From: Spirochaetia bacterium
GTDB taxonomy: Bacteria > Spirochaetota > Spirochaetia > SZUA-6 > Bin103
DNA length: 64,000 bases
Assembly: GCA_965203905.1 (NCBI GenBank)
Contig: CBDBDQ010000005.1
Location: forward strand, 2,432,001 to 2,496,000
Reading direction: 5' to 3'
The notes under the pieces were generated by a model. That model did not search any database, was not told the DNA's origin, and was given only the letters and a program-made list of their open reading frames with translations. A program made the position numbers and the translations under genes. Numbering within the stretch: position 1 is the stretch's first letter; each line of letters begins with the position of its first letter. Shown one piece after another: positions 42,286 through 51,753 of this stretch.

Positions 42286-43781
42286 AGCATCGAGTTGTTC
42301 TGCGAGAAGTGCTCCATCGTCAACTCGCGGAGCACCTGCTTAGCCGTTTCCAGGACGGGGGACGCCAGGAGGAGGCTTGCTTGGCGCTGTGGCGGCGGGG
42401 GGACGGGTTCAACCGCTATACGGGGATTCTGTGCGAAGTCGTCCTGCCGGACGACGGTGATCGAGATCTGCACGGCAATGTCACGGTGCACGGAGGATAT
42501 TTGAACCGCGTTTTGGATCGCGCGCTCATGGCGAAGGCGGGGGTGGCGGTGCTTCACAGCCATCCTGGGCCTGGCTGGCAGGGGCTGAGCACCATGGACG
42601 ACGATACCGAGCGCAACATCATTGTGCCATTCATTCGAGAGACGGGGTTGCCGCTGCTCGGACTGACAATCGGCTCAGACGGTGTTTGGAGCGCTCGATT
42701 CTGGCAAGAGTCGCGACGTGGCCGCGTTGCGCCCGTGCAATGCACAGACGTGCGGCGGGTCGGGCCGCGCCACACTGGATCGGATTGGCCTCCTGACGGG
42801 CACCAACCGTACGCGCGCCGTCCAAGCTTGGTGCGGACAGTTGACAGTTGGGGGCTGGATGCGCAGGAAAGACTGGCTCGGACGCGCATCTGTGTGGTAG
42901 GCGCGGGGAGTGTCGGCTCGATCTTGCTCGAGTGCCTGGCGCGCACTGGTTTTGAGGAGATCACGATCATTGACCCTGACTCTGTCGAGGAAAGGAACCT
43001 GGATCGTCTGATCTACGCGGACCGACACTGCCTGGGTCTGCGTAAGGCGGAGGTGGCGGCGGCCTATGCGCGCAGGGTCGCCACCGCGCGCCGTCCAGTC
43101 ATTCGGCCCGTTCCATTGTCGATCCGCACAGAGAAAGCGTACCGGTTGGCGGCCGACGCCGACGTCATCGTCTGCTGTGTCGACAACGCGGAGGCGCGCG
43201 AGGTCTTGAATCACATCGCTTACGCGAACTGCCTTCCATTACTCGATGGCGGGGTTCTGGTGGAGTCGAGAGAGCGTCTACTGTCGGCGAAGTGGTCCGT
43301 TCATCTGGTTGGACCTGACATGCGTTGCCTGCGTTGCCGCGGTCAATACACAAGCAGTGATGCACGAGACGAGCGGTTGGGTATCAGGCGCGGTGGACGA
43401 TACGTCAACGATGGCGTTGAGGACGGTCCGGAGCCCGGCCAGAACACGATCTCTTTCTGCAACGTCGTGGCAGCCGAGGAGACAAGGATGCTTGTGCGTT
43501 ACTTGATCGGGGAGGATTGGTGGCACGACAGTGCCGCTACTGCCGGTCAGTGGTCGTTCGAACACCGGTTCGTAGAAGCAGAAACCGAGCCGTTTGAGCA
43601 TCCGGGCAGATGCGTCGAGAGCTGCGAGTTTGCACATATGCGCCTCGGACTCGGCGAGAGTGGGCGACCGAAGTACCCGTTCGCCGACGAGACATTAGAA
43701 GACTGGCGCAGGCGTGTGATGCGCTGGTACCGGCACGTTCGTATGAAGGTGGGCCGTGCGGTTGCAGGAGTATGCGCTTGA
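42282..43781 (+). CDS. JAB/MPN peptidase fused to ThiF/E1 adenylyltransferase
   Basis: TTG start overlapping the E2 stop, with GGAG RBS; QEE..HSHPGPGWQGLSTMDD (JAMM); VVGAGSVGS, IDPDSVEERNLDR, CCVDN, CLRC, CVESC. Confidence 0.88.
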   Translation: MKHRVVLREVLHRQLAEHLLSRFQDGGRQEEACLALWRRGDGFNRYTGILCEVVLPDDGDRDLHGNVTVHGGYLNRVLDRALMAKAGVAVLHSHPGPGWQGLSTMDDDTERNIIVPFIRETGLPLLGLTIGSDGVWSARFWQESRRGRVAPVQCTDVRRVGPRHTGSDWPPDGHQPYARRPSLVRTVDSWGLDAQERLARTRICVVGAGSVGSILLECLARTGFEEITIIDPDSVEERNLDRLIYADRHCLGLRKAEVAAAYARRVATARRPVIRPVPLSIRTEKAYRLAADADVIVCCVDNAEAREVLNHIAYANCLPLLDGGVLVESRERLLSAKWSVHLVGPDMRCLRCRGQYTSSDARDERLGIRRGGRYVNDGVEDGPEPGQNTISFCNVVAAEETRMLVRYLIGEDWWHDSAATAGQWSFEHRFVEAETEPFEHPGRCVESCEFAHMRLGLGESGRPKYPFADETLEDWRRRVMRWYRHVRMKVGRAVAGVCA

Positions 43782-44089
43782 CCGTGTGCCATGCTGCGGC
43801 GCGCCGCAGCTGCGCGTTCGTAGCTGCGGAAGCAGCGCTCATCCGTGGCATCGGGGATGGACGGAGTTCTACCGGGTTTTCACGGAGAGTGACACAGCGC
43901 GATGCGCAGTCCGGTGGTGTCGGCGACGTCACCGCGGCCCTAAGGCGTACCTCAAGCGCATCCCAGCGCCGCCGTATGCGCTCGTCGAACAACCGGATCC
44001 GGCTCAGACTATGGTCTTGACCGCTTCGGACCAGAATAACTCTTATCAGAGAGACCGTGCGGGCAGCCGGCCGAACCTGGATCGGGGCG

Positions 44090-44782
44090 TCACTCCGGGC
44101 CGACGGTGGTGCCTGCATACGACGCGCCGTCGATGATGCGGTGCAGGTTGGTCAGGTCGCTGCCGGTGACCACCAGGGTCAGCCCCAACTCGCCGGCGCG
44201 CATGGTTGCGATCGGATCGAACGGCGCACTGTAGCCCGGCGACCAGCGTTCCCCCGTGAGGCCCTGCAACTCGACCCAGGAGAGGTGGTCGTATGCGCGC
44301 GCGTCAGGGTCGCCGCGCGGGTCGGCGCTGTAGACGTGGCCGACTTCCGACAGCTTCACCACGCGGTGCGCGCCCAGGCGCTCGGCAATGACCACGGCGT
44401 CGTAATCGTGGGAGAAGCCGGGCTTCCAGCCCGCCGCCACCAGCACCGGTGCCCGCAGCTCGGCGACCGTGGTGGGGTCGGTTACCACTTCGTCCGGAGC
44501 CAGGTCGGCGAACAGCCGCTTGATCAGCTCGGCGTTCAGCCGGGTCGCGGCGATGCCGATCCAGTCGGCCGCGGCGTCGTCGGCGGGCCGGGCCAGCGCG
44601 CGGTAGGCTGACTGGTAGCGCCGCGCCGGGTCGCCGCCTCCGCACACCACGACGAAGCGCCGGTCCGGGTGCGCGGCCACCTGGCTTCTCACCGCAGCGC
44701 AGAACTCTCCCACGAACTCGGTAGCCACGGCGCCGGGGGCAATGAGCGATCCACCGAGAGAGATGATCCAGACGCTCGGCAC
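44090..44782 (-). CDS. pyrH: Uridylate kinase, archaeal/spirochaetal type
   Basis: ISLGGSLI, VCGGG..ARRY, DWIGIAATRLNA, GWKPGFS.D.DA, VYSADP, PFDPIA, GT.V. Confidence 0.92.
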   Translation of the reverse strand: MPSVWIISLGGSLIAPGAVATEFVGEFCAAVRSQVAAHPDRRFVVVCGGGDPARRYQSAYRALARPADDAAADWIGIAATRLNAELIKRLFADLAPDEVVTDPTTVAELRAPVLVAAGWKPGFSHDYDAVVIAERLGAHRVVKLSEVGHVYSADPRGDPDARAYDHLSWVELQGLTGERWSPGYSAPFDPIATMRAGELGLTLVVTGSDLTNLHRIIDGASYAGTTVGPE

Positions 44783-44917
44783 GGCGCCACCATAACGGGC
44801 GTCGCGGCACCCGGCAACCGCCCGGCTGCCGCCGGCGCCGTGACCGGCCGGGCTTCGCGGCCGGCGGCCTCGAGCTGAGCTTGATGCTTTTGGCGCGGTT
44901 GTCTATACCAGGGCCAC

Positions 44918-45889
44918 ATGCAACGTGTGCTGGTGGCGGAGCCGATTGCCCCGGAAGGGGTGCAGGATCTCCGCAGCTATTCCGCGGTCGAGGTAGTGGA
45001 GCGCTACGGCTTGGCTCCCGACGAGCTGCGGCGTGCGGTCGCCTCGTGCGCAGCACTGCTGGTGCGCTCCCAGACCGCCGTCAATCGCGCCGTGATCGAG
45101 TCCGGGACCGAGCTGCGGGTGATCGGTCGTGCCGGGGCCGGCGTGGACAACATCGACGTGCCGGCGGCCACGGAACGCGGCGTGCTGGTGATGAACACGC
45201 CGGGCGCCAACGCCCAGGCCGCGGCCGAGCTTACCGTGGGCCTGATGTTCGCGGTGGCGCGCCGTATCGCCGCCGCTGACGCATCCGTCAAGGCCGGGCA
45301 CTGGGAGCGGTCCCGGTTCCGGGGCACCCAGCTACTGGGCAAGACCCTGGGCATCGTGGGGATCGGCAACGTGGGGCGGCTGGTGGCCCGCTCGGCGGGG
45401 GCGCTGGGCATGCACGTAATCGCCCACGATCCCTACGTGACGCCGGAGCTGGCGGCCGAGCACGGTGTCGTCCTGGTGTCGTTCGAGACCCTGCTGCAGG
45501 AGGCGGACTACATCAGCGTGCATACCCCTCTCACGGCCGGGTCACGGGGACTGATCGGCGCCGCCGAGATCGCGCGCATGAAGCGGGGCGTGTACCTGAT
45601 CAACTGCTCGCGCGGTGGGGTGATCGACGAAGCCGCGTTGCTCGCCGGGCTGGAGCAGGGTAGGGTAGCCGCGGCGGCACTGGACGTATACTCCCGCGAG
45701 CCCCCGCGAGATCTGGCAGTGGCGCGTCACCCGAGGGTGGTGGCGACGCCCCACATCGGTGCCCTGTCACTGGAGGCGCAACTCAACGTGGCGATCATGA
45801 TCGCAAACCAGATCGGACGCTTTCTGACCACCGGAGAAGTGGACTCGGCGGTGAATTCGGAGGCGGTCCGATCGCGGCCCACGGGCTGA
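44918..45889 (+). CDS. D-3-phosphoglycerate dehydrogenase-like 2-hydroxyacid dehydrogenase (no ACT domain)
   Basis: GRAGAGVDNID, NTPGAN, GIVGIGNVG, H.PL, NCSRGG, DVY..EP, TPHIGA. Confidence 0.85.
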   Translation: MQRVLVAEPIAPEGVQDLRSYSAVEVVERYGLAPDELRRAVASCAALLVRSQTAVNRAVIESGTELRVIGRAGAGVDNIDVPAATERGVLVMNTPGANAQAAAELTVGLMFAVARRIAAADASVKAGHWERSRFRGTQLLGKTLGIVGIGNVGRLVARSAGALGMHVIAHDPYVTPELAAEHGVVLVSFETLLQEADYISVHTPLTAGSRGLIGAAEIARMKRGVYLINCSRGGVIDEAALLAGLEQGRVAAAALDVYSREPPRDLAVARHPRVVATPHIGALSLEAQLNVAIMIANQIGRFLTTGEVDSAVNSEAVRSRPTG

Positions 45890-45979
45890 CCTTGCCGCCA
45901 CGTTCAGGGTGGTGCGAATCCTTGTTCCGGTGACGCACCGGAGCTATATTGGAGTCCGGCCAGCGCCGGGGTAGCAGCT

Positions 45980-46738
45980 ATGAGCATCGACATTACCGAC
46001 ATCCTCAGCGAGTGGGAGTTCGATCCTGACGACCAGTACCGCGTGGTGCCGGCGCGCGACGGGCGCGACGTGCTGCAGGTGCGGCAGCCCCTCGGCATCG
46101 AACAGTACGAATTGGACGGCAGGCCGGATGGCAGCACTCCCTTCGGCAAGGAGAGCATGCTCGATGAGATGACCGACCGGCTGTCCGCGTACCAGCATCG
46201 CCATGGCAACGATGCCGGGTTCAAGATCGACCGTGACGAATTCGCTCTGCTGCAGAACGAAGGCGTTCTCTACTACTATCGCTACTACATCCTGTTCCAG
46301 ATCGGGGACTACGAACGGACCTCGATGGACACCAATCACAACCTCAAGATCTGCGAGATCGTCGAGCGCTACGCGCACCACGACGACAAGAACGACATTC
46401 TCCAATTCCGTCCCTACATCCTGCGGATGAACGCCACGGCGCGGGCCATGGTGCTGCTCGGCGAGGGTCAGGGGTCGCAGGCATGCGCGGTCCTGGAGCG
46501 GGCGATCGAAGACGTCCGCCGGTTATCCGAGGTGGATACGCCGACGTTCCACTTCGAACGGGTACGCTCGTTGCAGTACCTGCGTGCCGCCCTCCGCGAA
46601 ATCAAGGCGAACAAGGTTCGCCCCCCGGTCGACCGGCTGCGTCTGGAGCTGCGCAAGGCGGTCAACAACGAGGAGTACGAGCGAGCCGCCCAACTGCGCG
46701 ACCGCATCCGTGACCTGACCAAGGCGGATGACGACTGA
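45980..46738 (+). CDS. Conserved hypothetical protein with C-terminal UVR (UvrB/C) motif
   Basis: LQVR.PLGIEQ.ELDGRPDG, RPYI.RMN, LRKAVNNEEYERAAQLRDRI. Confidence 0.8.
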   Translation: MSIDITDILSEWEFDPDDQYRVVPARDGRDVLQVRQPLGIEQYELDGRPDGSTPFGKESMLDEMTDRLSAYQHRHGNDAGFKIDRDEFALLQNEGVLYYYRYYILFQIGDYERTSMDTNHNLKICEIVERYAHHDDKNDILQFRPYILRMNATARAMVLLGEGQGSQACAVLERAIEDVRRLSEVDTPTFHFERVRSLQYLRAALREIKANKVRPPVDRLRLELRKAVNNEEYERAAQLRDRIRDLTKADDD

Positions 46739-46797
46739 TGTGGCGTCCCGCAGGTTAGCGGGCCGGCGCCGGCGCGGTCGCTGATCCGGGCGCGCCG

Positions 46798-47508
46798 ATG
46801 CTGAAGTGCGGCGGCTCCGGCCGGCAGCTCGGGTGCCGGCTGCCGGCGGTGGTCCTGCTGTGGCTTGCGGTCGCGGTGCCGGGAGCGCCACAGCAGGTAG
46901 TCACCGCGGAGAGCTTCTTCGAAGCGGTGTCCGCCACCTATGGCGGCATCGTCGACTACCAGGCCGACATTCGCATCACGCAGGGCGAGGTCGTAATGGA
47001 GGGCGCGCTCTCCTACAAACGTCCCAACCTGTTGCGCATCGACTTTACCAATCCGGAGGGCCAGGTCATCGTCAGCGACGGCTCGCTGTTGACGGTCTAC
47101 TACCCGCGGCTGGAGGTGATATTCGAGCAGCGCCTGCGGAACCGCGGGGGCGACAACGTCGCCGGCCTGGCGAGCCGCCAGGGACTCCACTTTCTGCAGA
47201 GCAACTACGCCATCGCCTACCTGGAGGAGCCCGACCCCGTGCCCCTGGATCCGGGCTCGGGCGAGCTGGTGGTCAAGCTCAAGCTCACCAGTCGGGCCGC
47301 CTCCGAGGGTTTTCGCCAGCTCGAGATCGCCGTCTCCCCCGGCAACTTGATTCGCCGCATCACCGGCATTTCCGTGGGCTTCGAAGAGCACCGCCTGGAT
47401 TTCTTCAACGTGCGCACCAATCAGAACATCCCCGACGGGCGCTTCGTCTACGATTCGCCGCCTTCCGCCAACGTCTACCGGGACTTTCTGTTCGAATCGG
47501 AGGAGTAG
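46798..47508 (+). CDS. Outer-membrane lipoprotein carrier LolA-like protein
   Basis: Signal peptide; G...YKRPN.LRIDF..P..QVIVSDG..L..Y.P; N..IPD..F.Y..P. Confidence 0.85.
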   Translation: MLKCGGSGRQLGCRLPAVVLLWLAVAVPGAPQQVVTAESFFEAVSATYGGIVDYQADIRITQGEVVMEGALSYKRPNLLRIDFTNPEGQVIVSDGSLLTVYYPRLEVIFEQRLRNRGGDNVAGLASRQGLHFLQSNYAIAYLEEPDPVPLDPGSGELVVKLKLTSRAASEGFRQLEIAVSPGNLIRRITGISVGFEEHRLDFFNVRTNQNIPDGRFVYDSPPSANVYRDFLFESEE

Positions 47509-47510
47509 GA

Positions 47511-49667
47511 ATGGCCGCTGCCACTGCCTCCTCGGATCGCGGGGTGGACCTGGGTCGGCTCAACGACCGCCAGCGCCAAGCGGTGCAGCACGCCGGCTCG
47601 CCGCTGCTGATTCTAGCGGGAGCCGGTTCCGGCAAGACGCGCGTGATCACCACCAAGGTTGCACACCTCATCGCTACCGAGGCGGTGGCCGCGCGGCACA
47701 TTCTGGCCGTCACCTTCACCAACAAGGCCGCCGACGAGATGCGCTCCCGCGTGCACCGCCTGGTGGCCGACAGCGGTCGTGGCGATGCCGGCAAGCGGGT
47801 CATGGTGCGCACCTTCCACGCTTTCGGCGCCTGGTTGCTGCGGGTGTACGGCGAGCGCCTGGGGTTCGACCCGCAACGGCTCTCGATCTACGACGACGGC
47901 GACGCCCGCCAGGTTCTGCTGCGCCTGGTCGCCGCGGAGGATGACCAGTACCTCGCCAGCGACGTCCGCGACATGGCTGCCTGGATCACCACGGCCAAGA
48001 ACCGCGGGTTGCGACCGGATGCCGACCTCTCCTCGATGCGGCGTTCTCCATTTCCCATGGAGCGCATCTACGCGCGCTACCAGGCACGGCTGGCAGAGCT
48101 GAACGCGGCCGACTTCGGCGACCTGATTCTGCAGCCCCTGGCACTGCTGAGGCAGGACTCCGAGGTGCGTCAGCAGGTCCGCCACCGGTTCCGCGTGGTG
48201 CTCGTGGACGAGTTCCAGGATGCCAATCACGCCCAGTTCGAGCTGCTCCGGGCGCTGCACGAGCCACCCAACTACCTTTGCGTGGTAGGTGACGACGACC
48301 AGTCGATCTACCGCTTTCGCGGCGCCGACGTGGACGGTTTCCTGACCTTCCCCAAGCGCTTTGCCGGTACCGAGGTGGTGCGCCTGGAACAGAACTACCG
48401 CTCCACCGGCGCGATCCTGGACCTCGCTTCGGCGGTGGTGAGCAACAACCGCCGGCGCATGGGCAAGACGCTGTGGACGGAGCAGGACCAGGGCGACCTG
48501 CCCACCCTGGCGTATCTGCAGGACGCCGAGGAGGAAGCCCGCTACTGCGCCGAGCTGATTCGCCGCCGGCCGGCCGCCACCAGTGCGATCCTCTACCGCA
48601 TGAACTTCCAGTCGCGTACCTTCGAGACCTTGTTTCAGGCGCTCCACATCCCCTATCGGGTTGTGGGAACGGTGCGTTTCTACGAGCGCGAGGAGGTAAA
48701 GGATGCGCTGGCCTATCTGGGGCTGTGGTACAACCCGCGCGACGAAGTGGCGTTCCGGCGCGCGGTGAGCAAGCCGCGGCGCGGCATCGGCGAGAAGACC
48801 TCGAACCGCGTCGTGGCGCTGGCGGACGCCACGGAGGACGACCTGCTGGCCGCCACCGAGCGACTGGGCGCGACCACCCGCGGGCGTGCGGCAGCCGCGC
48901 TCACCGCCTTCGCGGAGCTGATGAGCGACCTGCAACGGATCGGCGCCGCGGCCAGCGTGGCGGAGCTGATGCGCGCGCTGCTCGACCGTTCCGGCCTCTA
49001 CGAGTGGGCGCTGGCCCAGGACCAGGCGGAGCGCACCACACGCGCCATGAACCTGGAGGAGCTGGTCAACGCCACCGCGGCGTATGGCAGCGGGCCGGCC
49101 GGCGTCGCCGCGTTTCTCCAGGATGCGCGCCTGGCCGGCGTCGGCGAGGAGGACGCGGCGGCGGACGGGAGCGCGGAGCCGGTGACCCTGATCACGGTTC
49201 ACAACACCAAGGGACTGGAGTTCGACCAGGTGATCGTCACCGGGCTGGAGGAGGGGATCTTTCCCGCCACCGAGCCGGGAGCCGCGCGCAGCGCCGTGTC
49301 GCAGGAAGACGAGGAGGAAGAGCGCCGGCTGTTCTACGTGGCCGCGACGCGGGCTCGCTACGCGCTCCATCTCACCTCGTGCGGGTGGCGCGCGGCGTTC
49401 GGGTTCGGCCGCGAACGGTACCCGAGCCGGTTTCTCAATGAGATTCCGCCGGAGTGCGTCCAGGTAACGGGCGCTGACGGCGACGGCGCCGCGGACGGAC
49501 TAAGCGTGGGTCAGTGGGTGGAGCACGTCGACTACGGCGTTGGCGAGGTTACTCGTTCCTGGACCCGGGAAGGCGAGGAACTCCTGCAGGTTCGCTTCGA
49601 ATCCGGCAAGACCGCAACGTTTATCGCCGCCTACGCGGACCTTGACCCCATTGCCGCCGATGAGTGA
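47511..49667 (+). CDS. ATP-dependent DNA helicase UvrD/PcrA
   Basis: LILAGAGSGKT, TFTNKAA, VDEFQD, VGDDDQSIYRFRGA, LEQNYRS, TVHNTKGLEF, EERRLFYVA.TRA, C-terminal Tudor-like domain. Confidence 0.96.
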   Translation: MAAATASSDRGVDLGRLNDRQRQAVQHAGSPLLILAGAGSGKTRVITTKVAHLIATEAVAARHILAVTFTNKAADEMRSRVHRLVADSGRGDAGKRVMVRTFHAFGAWLLRVYGERLGFDPQRLSIYDDGDARQVLLRLVAAEDDQYLASDVRDMAAWITTAKNRGLRPDADLSSMRRSPFPMERIYARYQARLAELNAADFGDLILQPLALLRQDSEVRQQVRHRFRVVLVDEFQDANHAQFELLRALHEPPNYLCVVGDDDQSIYRFRGADVDGFLTFPKRFAGTEVVRLEQNYRSTGAILDLASAVVSNNRRRMGKTLWTEQDQGDLPTLAYLQDAEEEARYCAELIRRRPAATSAILYRMNFQSRTFETLFQALHIPYRVVGTVRFYEREEVKDALAYLGLWYNPRDEVAFRRAVSKPRRGIGEKTSNRVVALADATEDDLLAATERLGATTRGRAAAALTAFAELMSDLQRIGAAASVAELMRALLDRSGLYEWALAQDQAERTTRAMNLEELVNATAAYGSGPAGVAAFLQDARLAGVGEEDAAADGSAEPVTLITVHNTKGLEFDQVIVTGLEEGIFPATEPGAARSAVSQEDEEEERRLFYVAATRARYALHLTSCGWRAAFGFGRERYPSRFLNEIPPECVQVTGADGDGAADGLSVGQWVEHVDYGVGEVTRSWTREGEELLQVRFESGKTATFIAAYADLDPIAADE

Positions 49668-50535
49668 AGCGGCGCTGCCGCCGGTGCGCCGCGCGCGCGG
49701 CTACCGGTTGTACACCGAGGACGGCCGGCGCCTGCTCGACCTGTACCTGGACGGCGGCGCGGCGTTGCTGGGACACCGGCCCGAGTTGGTGGGGCGCGCA
49801 CTGAAGAACGTGGCCGGGCGCGGTCTGCTCGGCAACTTGCCGAGCAGCTACCCGGACCGGCTGCGGCGCCGGCTGCGGCAGGCGCTTCCCGGCCACGCCT
49901 GGTTCGGCATCGCGGCGACGGCGGACGACGCTCTGGGGTTGTTGCGCGGCCGGCTCGGCGGCGCCCTGTCGCCACCGTTGCAGGTCGCCGACCCGTTGTC
50001 GGATCCGAACTGGCGCGCGGCGCGGATCGCATGGTGGCGACCGCTGTGCGACGAGCAGCCGGCCGGCGGCGAGTGGTTCGCGCACGGCCCGCCGGCGCTG
50101 CTGCATCGACTGCCGTTCGCCGTGGGCGCCGGGCCGGTCACGGTCAGCACCCGCGAGGGGGGCGCCGGGGCGAGCGCCGCCGCGCCCGACGTGTCACCGC
50201 TGTTGCTGGCCGGTGCTGCGGCCGCCCTCCGGCGCCTGCTGCGCACCGCAGCGGAGCGCAGTGCGGTAGCATCCGTCTGGCCGCCCGCCGCACCGGGCTG
50301 GCGCCGCAGCGGCGTCTACGTGATGGCGGATTATCCGCCGCACCGACACCAGGCCGTGCGCGCGGCCTTCCTGGACGCCGGCGTACTGCTCAATCCACGG
50401 TATCCGGGACCGAGCATTCTCCCCGGGACGGTGAGCCCGGGGGAGGCGGCGCTCTTGCGGCGGTTGTTCGCCACCCAGCCCGGCGGCGCTATTCGCGCTG
50501 CCCCAACAGGCGCACCAGGAACAGGAAGATGTTGA
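49660..50535 (+). CDS. Hypothetical protein with degenerate class-III aminotransferase-like N-terminus
   Basis: RARGYRLYTEDGRRLLDL....G..LLGH; overlaps the uvrD end. Confidence 0.6.
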   Translation: MSEAALPPVRRARGYRLYTEDGRRLLDLYLDGGAALLGHRPELVGRALKNVAGRGLLGNLPSSYPDRLRRRLRQALPGHAWFGIAATADDALGLLRGRLGGALSPPLQVADPLSDPNWRAARIAWWRPLCDEQPAGGEWFAHGPPALLHRLPFAVGAGPVTVSTREGGAGASAAAPDVSPLLLAGAAAALRRLLRTAAERSAVASVWPPAAPGWRRSGVYVMADYPPHRHQAVRAAFLDAGVLLNPRYPGPSILPGTVSPGEAALLRRLFATQPGGAIRAAPTGAPGTGRC

Positions 50536-51193
50536 TGAAGTCGATGTACAGCTTGAGGGCGCCGAGAATGGAGAAACGCACGAAGTCGTCCTCCGTCATG
50601 CGGTCCCCCGCTTCTTCGCTCCAGCGCTTGATGGCCTGGGTGTCGTAGGCGGTGAGGGCGACGAACACTCCGACGCCGATCAGCGACACCAGGTAGTCGA
50701 ACGCGGGGCTGCGCAGGAACATGTTGACCACCAGCGCGAGCAGGATCCCCCACACCGCCATGCCCGCGTAGTGCCCCACCGTGGTGAGGTCGCGCTTGGT
50801 GACGAAGCCCCATGCGCTGGTGCCCGCGAAGGTGCCGGCGGCCACCACGAACGCCAGCGCGATGCTCTGCTGGGTGAACAGCAGGAACAGCACCGACAGG
50901 GTGACTCCGTTCAACCCGGCGTACAGTACGAAGCTGCCGGTGGCGGCGGTCGGACTCAGCCGCGTGATGCGAGCGGCGAGGAACATCACCAGCAGCAGCT
51001 CGCCGATCACCAGGCCGTAGAATAACATCGGATTCCGCAGCAGGCCCTGGATCAGGGTCGGATTGCCGGCTACTCCGAGGGCGATCACGGCGGTGAGACC
51101 GAGGCCTCCGGTCATCCACAGGTATACGTTGCGCAGGATCCGGTTTTCCCGAACCGCAAGGATCTGATTCAGACTGAAATCTCGATTCGACAT
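50489..51193 (-). CDS. Bax inhibitor-1/YccA family membrane protein
   Basis: VYLWM..GL, TKRDL, LTAYDTQ.IK, GALKLYIDFINIFL. Confidence 0.93.
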   Translation of the reverse strand: MSNRDFSLNQILAVRENRILRNVYLWMTGGLGLTAVIALGVAGNPTLIQGLLRNPMLFYGLVIGELLLVMFLAARITRLSPTAATGSFVLYAGLNGVTLSVLFLLFTQQSIALAFVVAAGTFAGTSAWGFVTKRDLTTVGHYAGMAVWGILLALVVNMFLRSPAFDYLVSLIGVGVFVALTAYDTQAIKRWSEEAGDRMTEDDFVRFSILGALKLYIDFINIFLFLVRLLGQRE

Positions 51194-51429
51194 CTCCACT
51201 CCTCATCCGCACCGGATGATAAGGTAAATGTGCAGCGCCGCCGTTGCGGCGTCAACCGCCGCCCGGCGCCGACCCGCCCGCGTCTTTCGCAACGCCGCGC
51301 CCCCGAGCGGAACTGCCACCCGCGTTGACAGTCCCGTCGCGGCGGGTATGGTAATGGCGCGAGCGATCCGGCCCGGCAGGGGTCCGGGCTGCTTGCGCCC
51401 CGAGTCGGGCCGTTTCCGGAGGAACAATC

Positions 51430-51693
51430 GTGGTAGCGCTGTTGATCGGGCTGGTTCTCATCCTGTTTGCCATCTATTCCGTGTTGGCGGTCCCCTGGTC
51501 GCCGGGGTGGTGGGACGAGGCGCTGGAGTTCCTGAAGGGCGGCATCCCGATCCTTGCGGTGTTCATCGGCCTGATATCGTTCTTTGTCGGCATTGCGGAC
51601 ATCAAGGACAGGATCGAGGCACAGCGCGAGGAGGAGGAGGAGCGGCGCGAGGCCGAGCAGGCCGCGAACCGGGAAGGAGACGACTCCGGTTGA
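51430..51693 (+). CDS. Small two-TM hypothetical protein
   Basis: Two hydrophobic helices, FLKGG.P, GIADIKD, acidic tail; RBS GGAGG; upstream TTGACA-N16-TATGGT at 51325-51352. Confidence 0.7.
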   Translation: MVALLIGLVLILFAIYSVLAVPWSPGWWDEALEFLKGGIPILAVFIGLISFFVGIADIKDRIEAQREEEEERREAEQAANREGDDSG

Positions 51694-51719
51694 CAGCGGG
51701 CCGCAGCCTGCAATAACTT
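51690..51719 (+). promoter_or_regulatory. Putative promoter of rplM-rpsI
   Basis: TTGACA-N18-TAACTT. Confidence 0.5.
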
Positions 51720-51753
51720 TGCCCGGTTCACGGCCAGCTCAGAGACTCTTTAC

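Noticed and set aside
39518-43781. Ubl islet as an integrative element inserted at tRNA-Leu
   Set aside because: The islet lies on the 5' side of the tRNA. I saw no integrase and no duplicated tRNA 3' end (att) at the far side, so adjacency alone is insufficient.
42282-43781. Ordinary ThiF/MoeB cofactor-biosynthesis enzyme
   Set aside because: It has a JAB fusion and an E2-like neighbour, the Ubl lacks GG, and there are no thi/moa/cys genes or rhodanese domain nearby.
43756-44136. Extra sixth gene of the Ubl operon (126-aa ORF)
   Set aside because: No clear RBS or motif, it overlaps both neighbours, and the composition is not protein-like.
44090-44782. Archaeal-type pyrH as a recent horizontal transfer
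   Set aside because: This type is known in spirochaetes and its composition matches the host; used only as a taxonomic hint.
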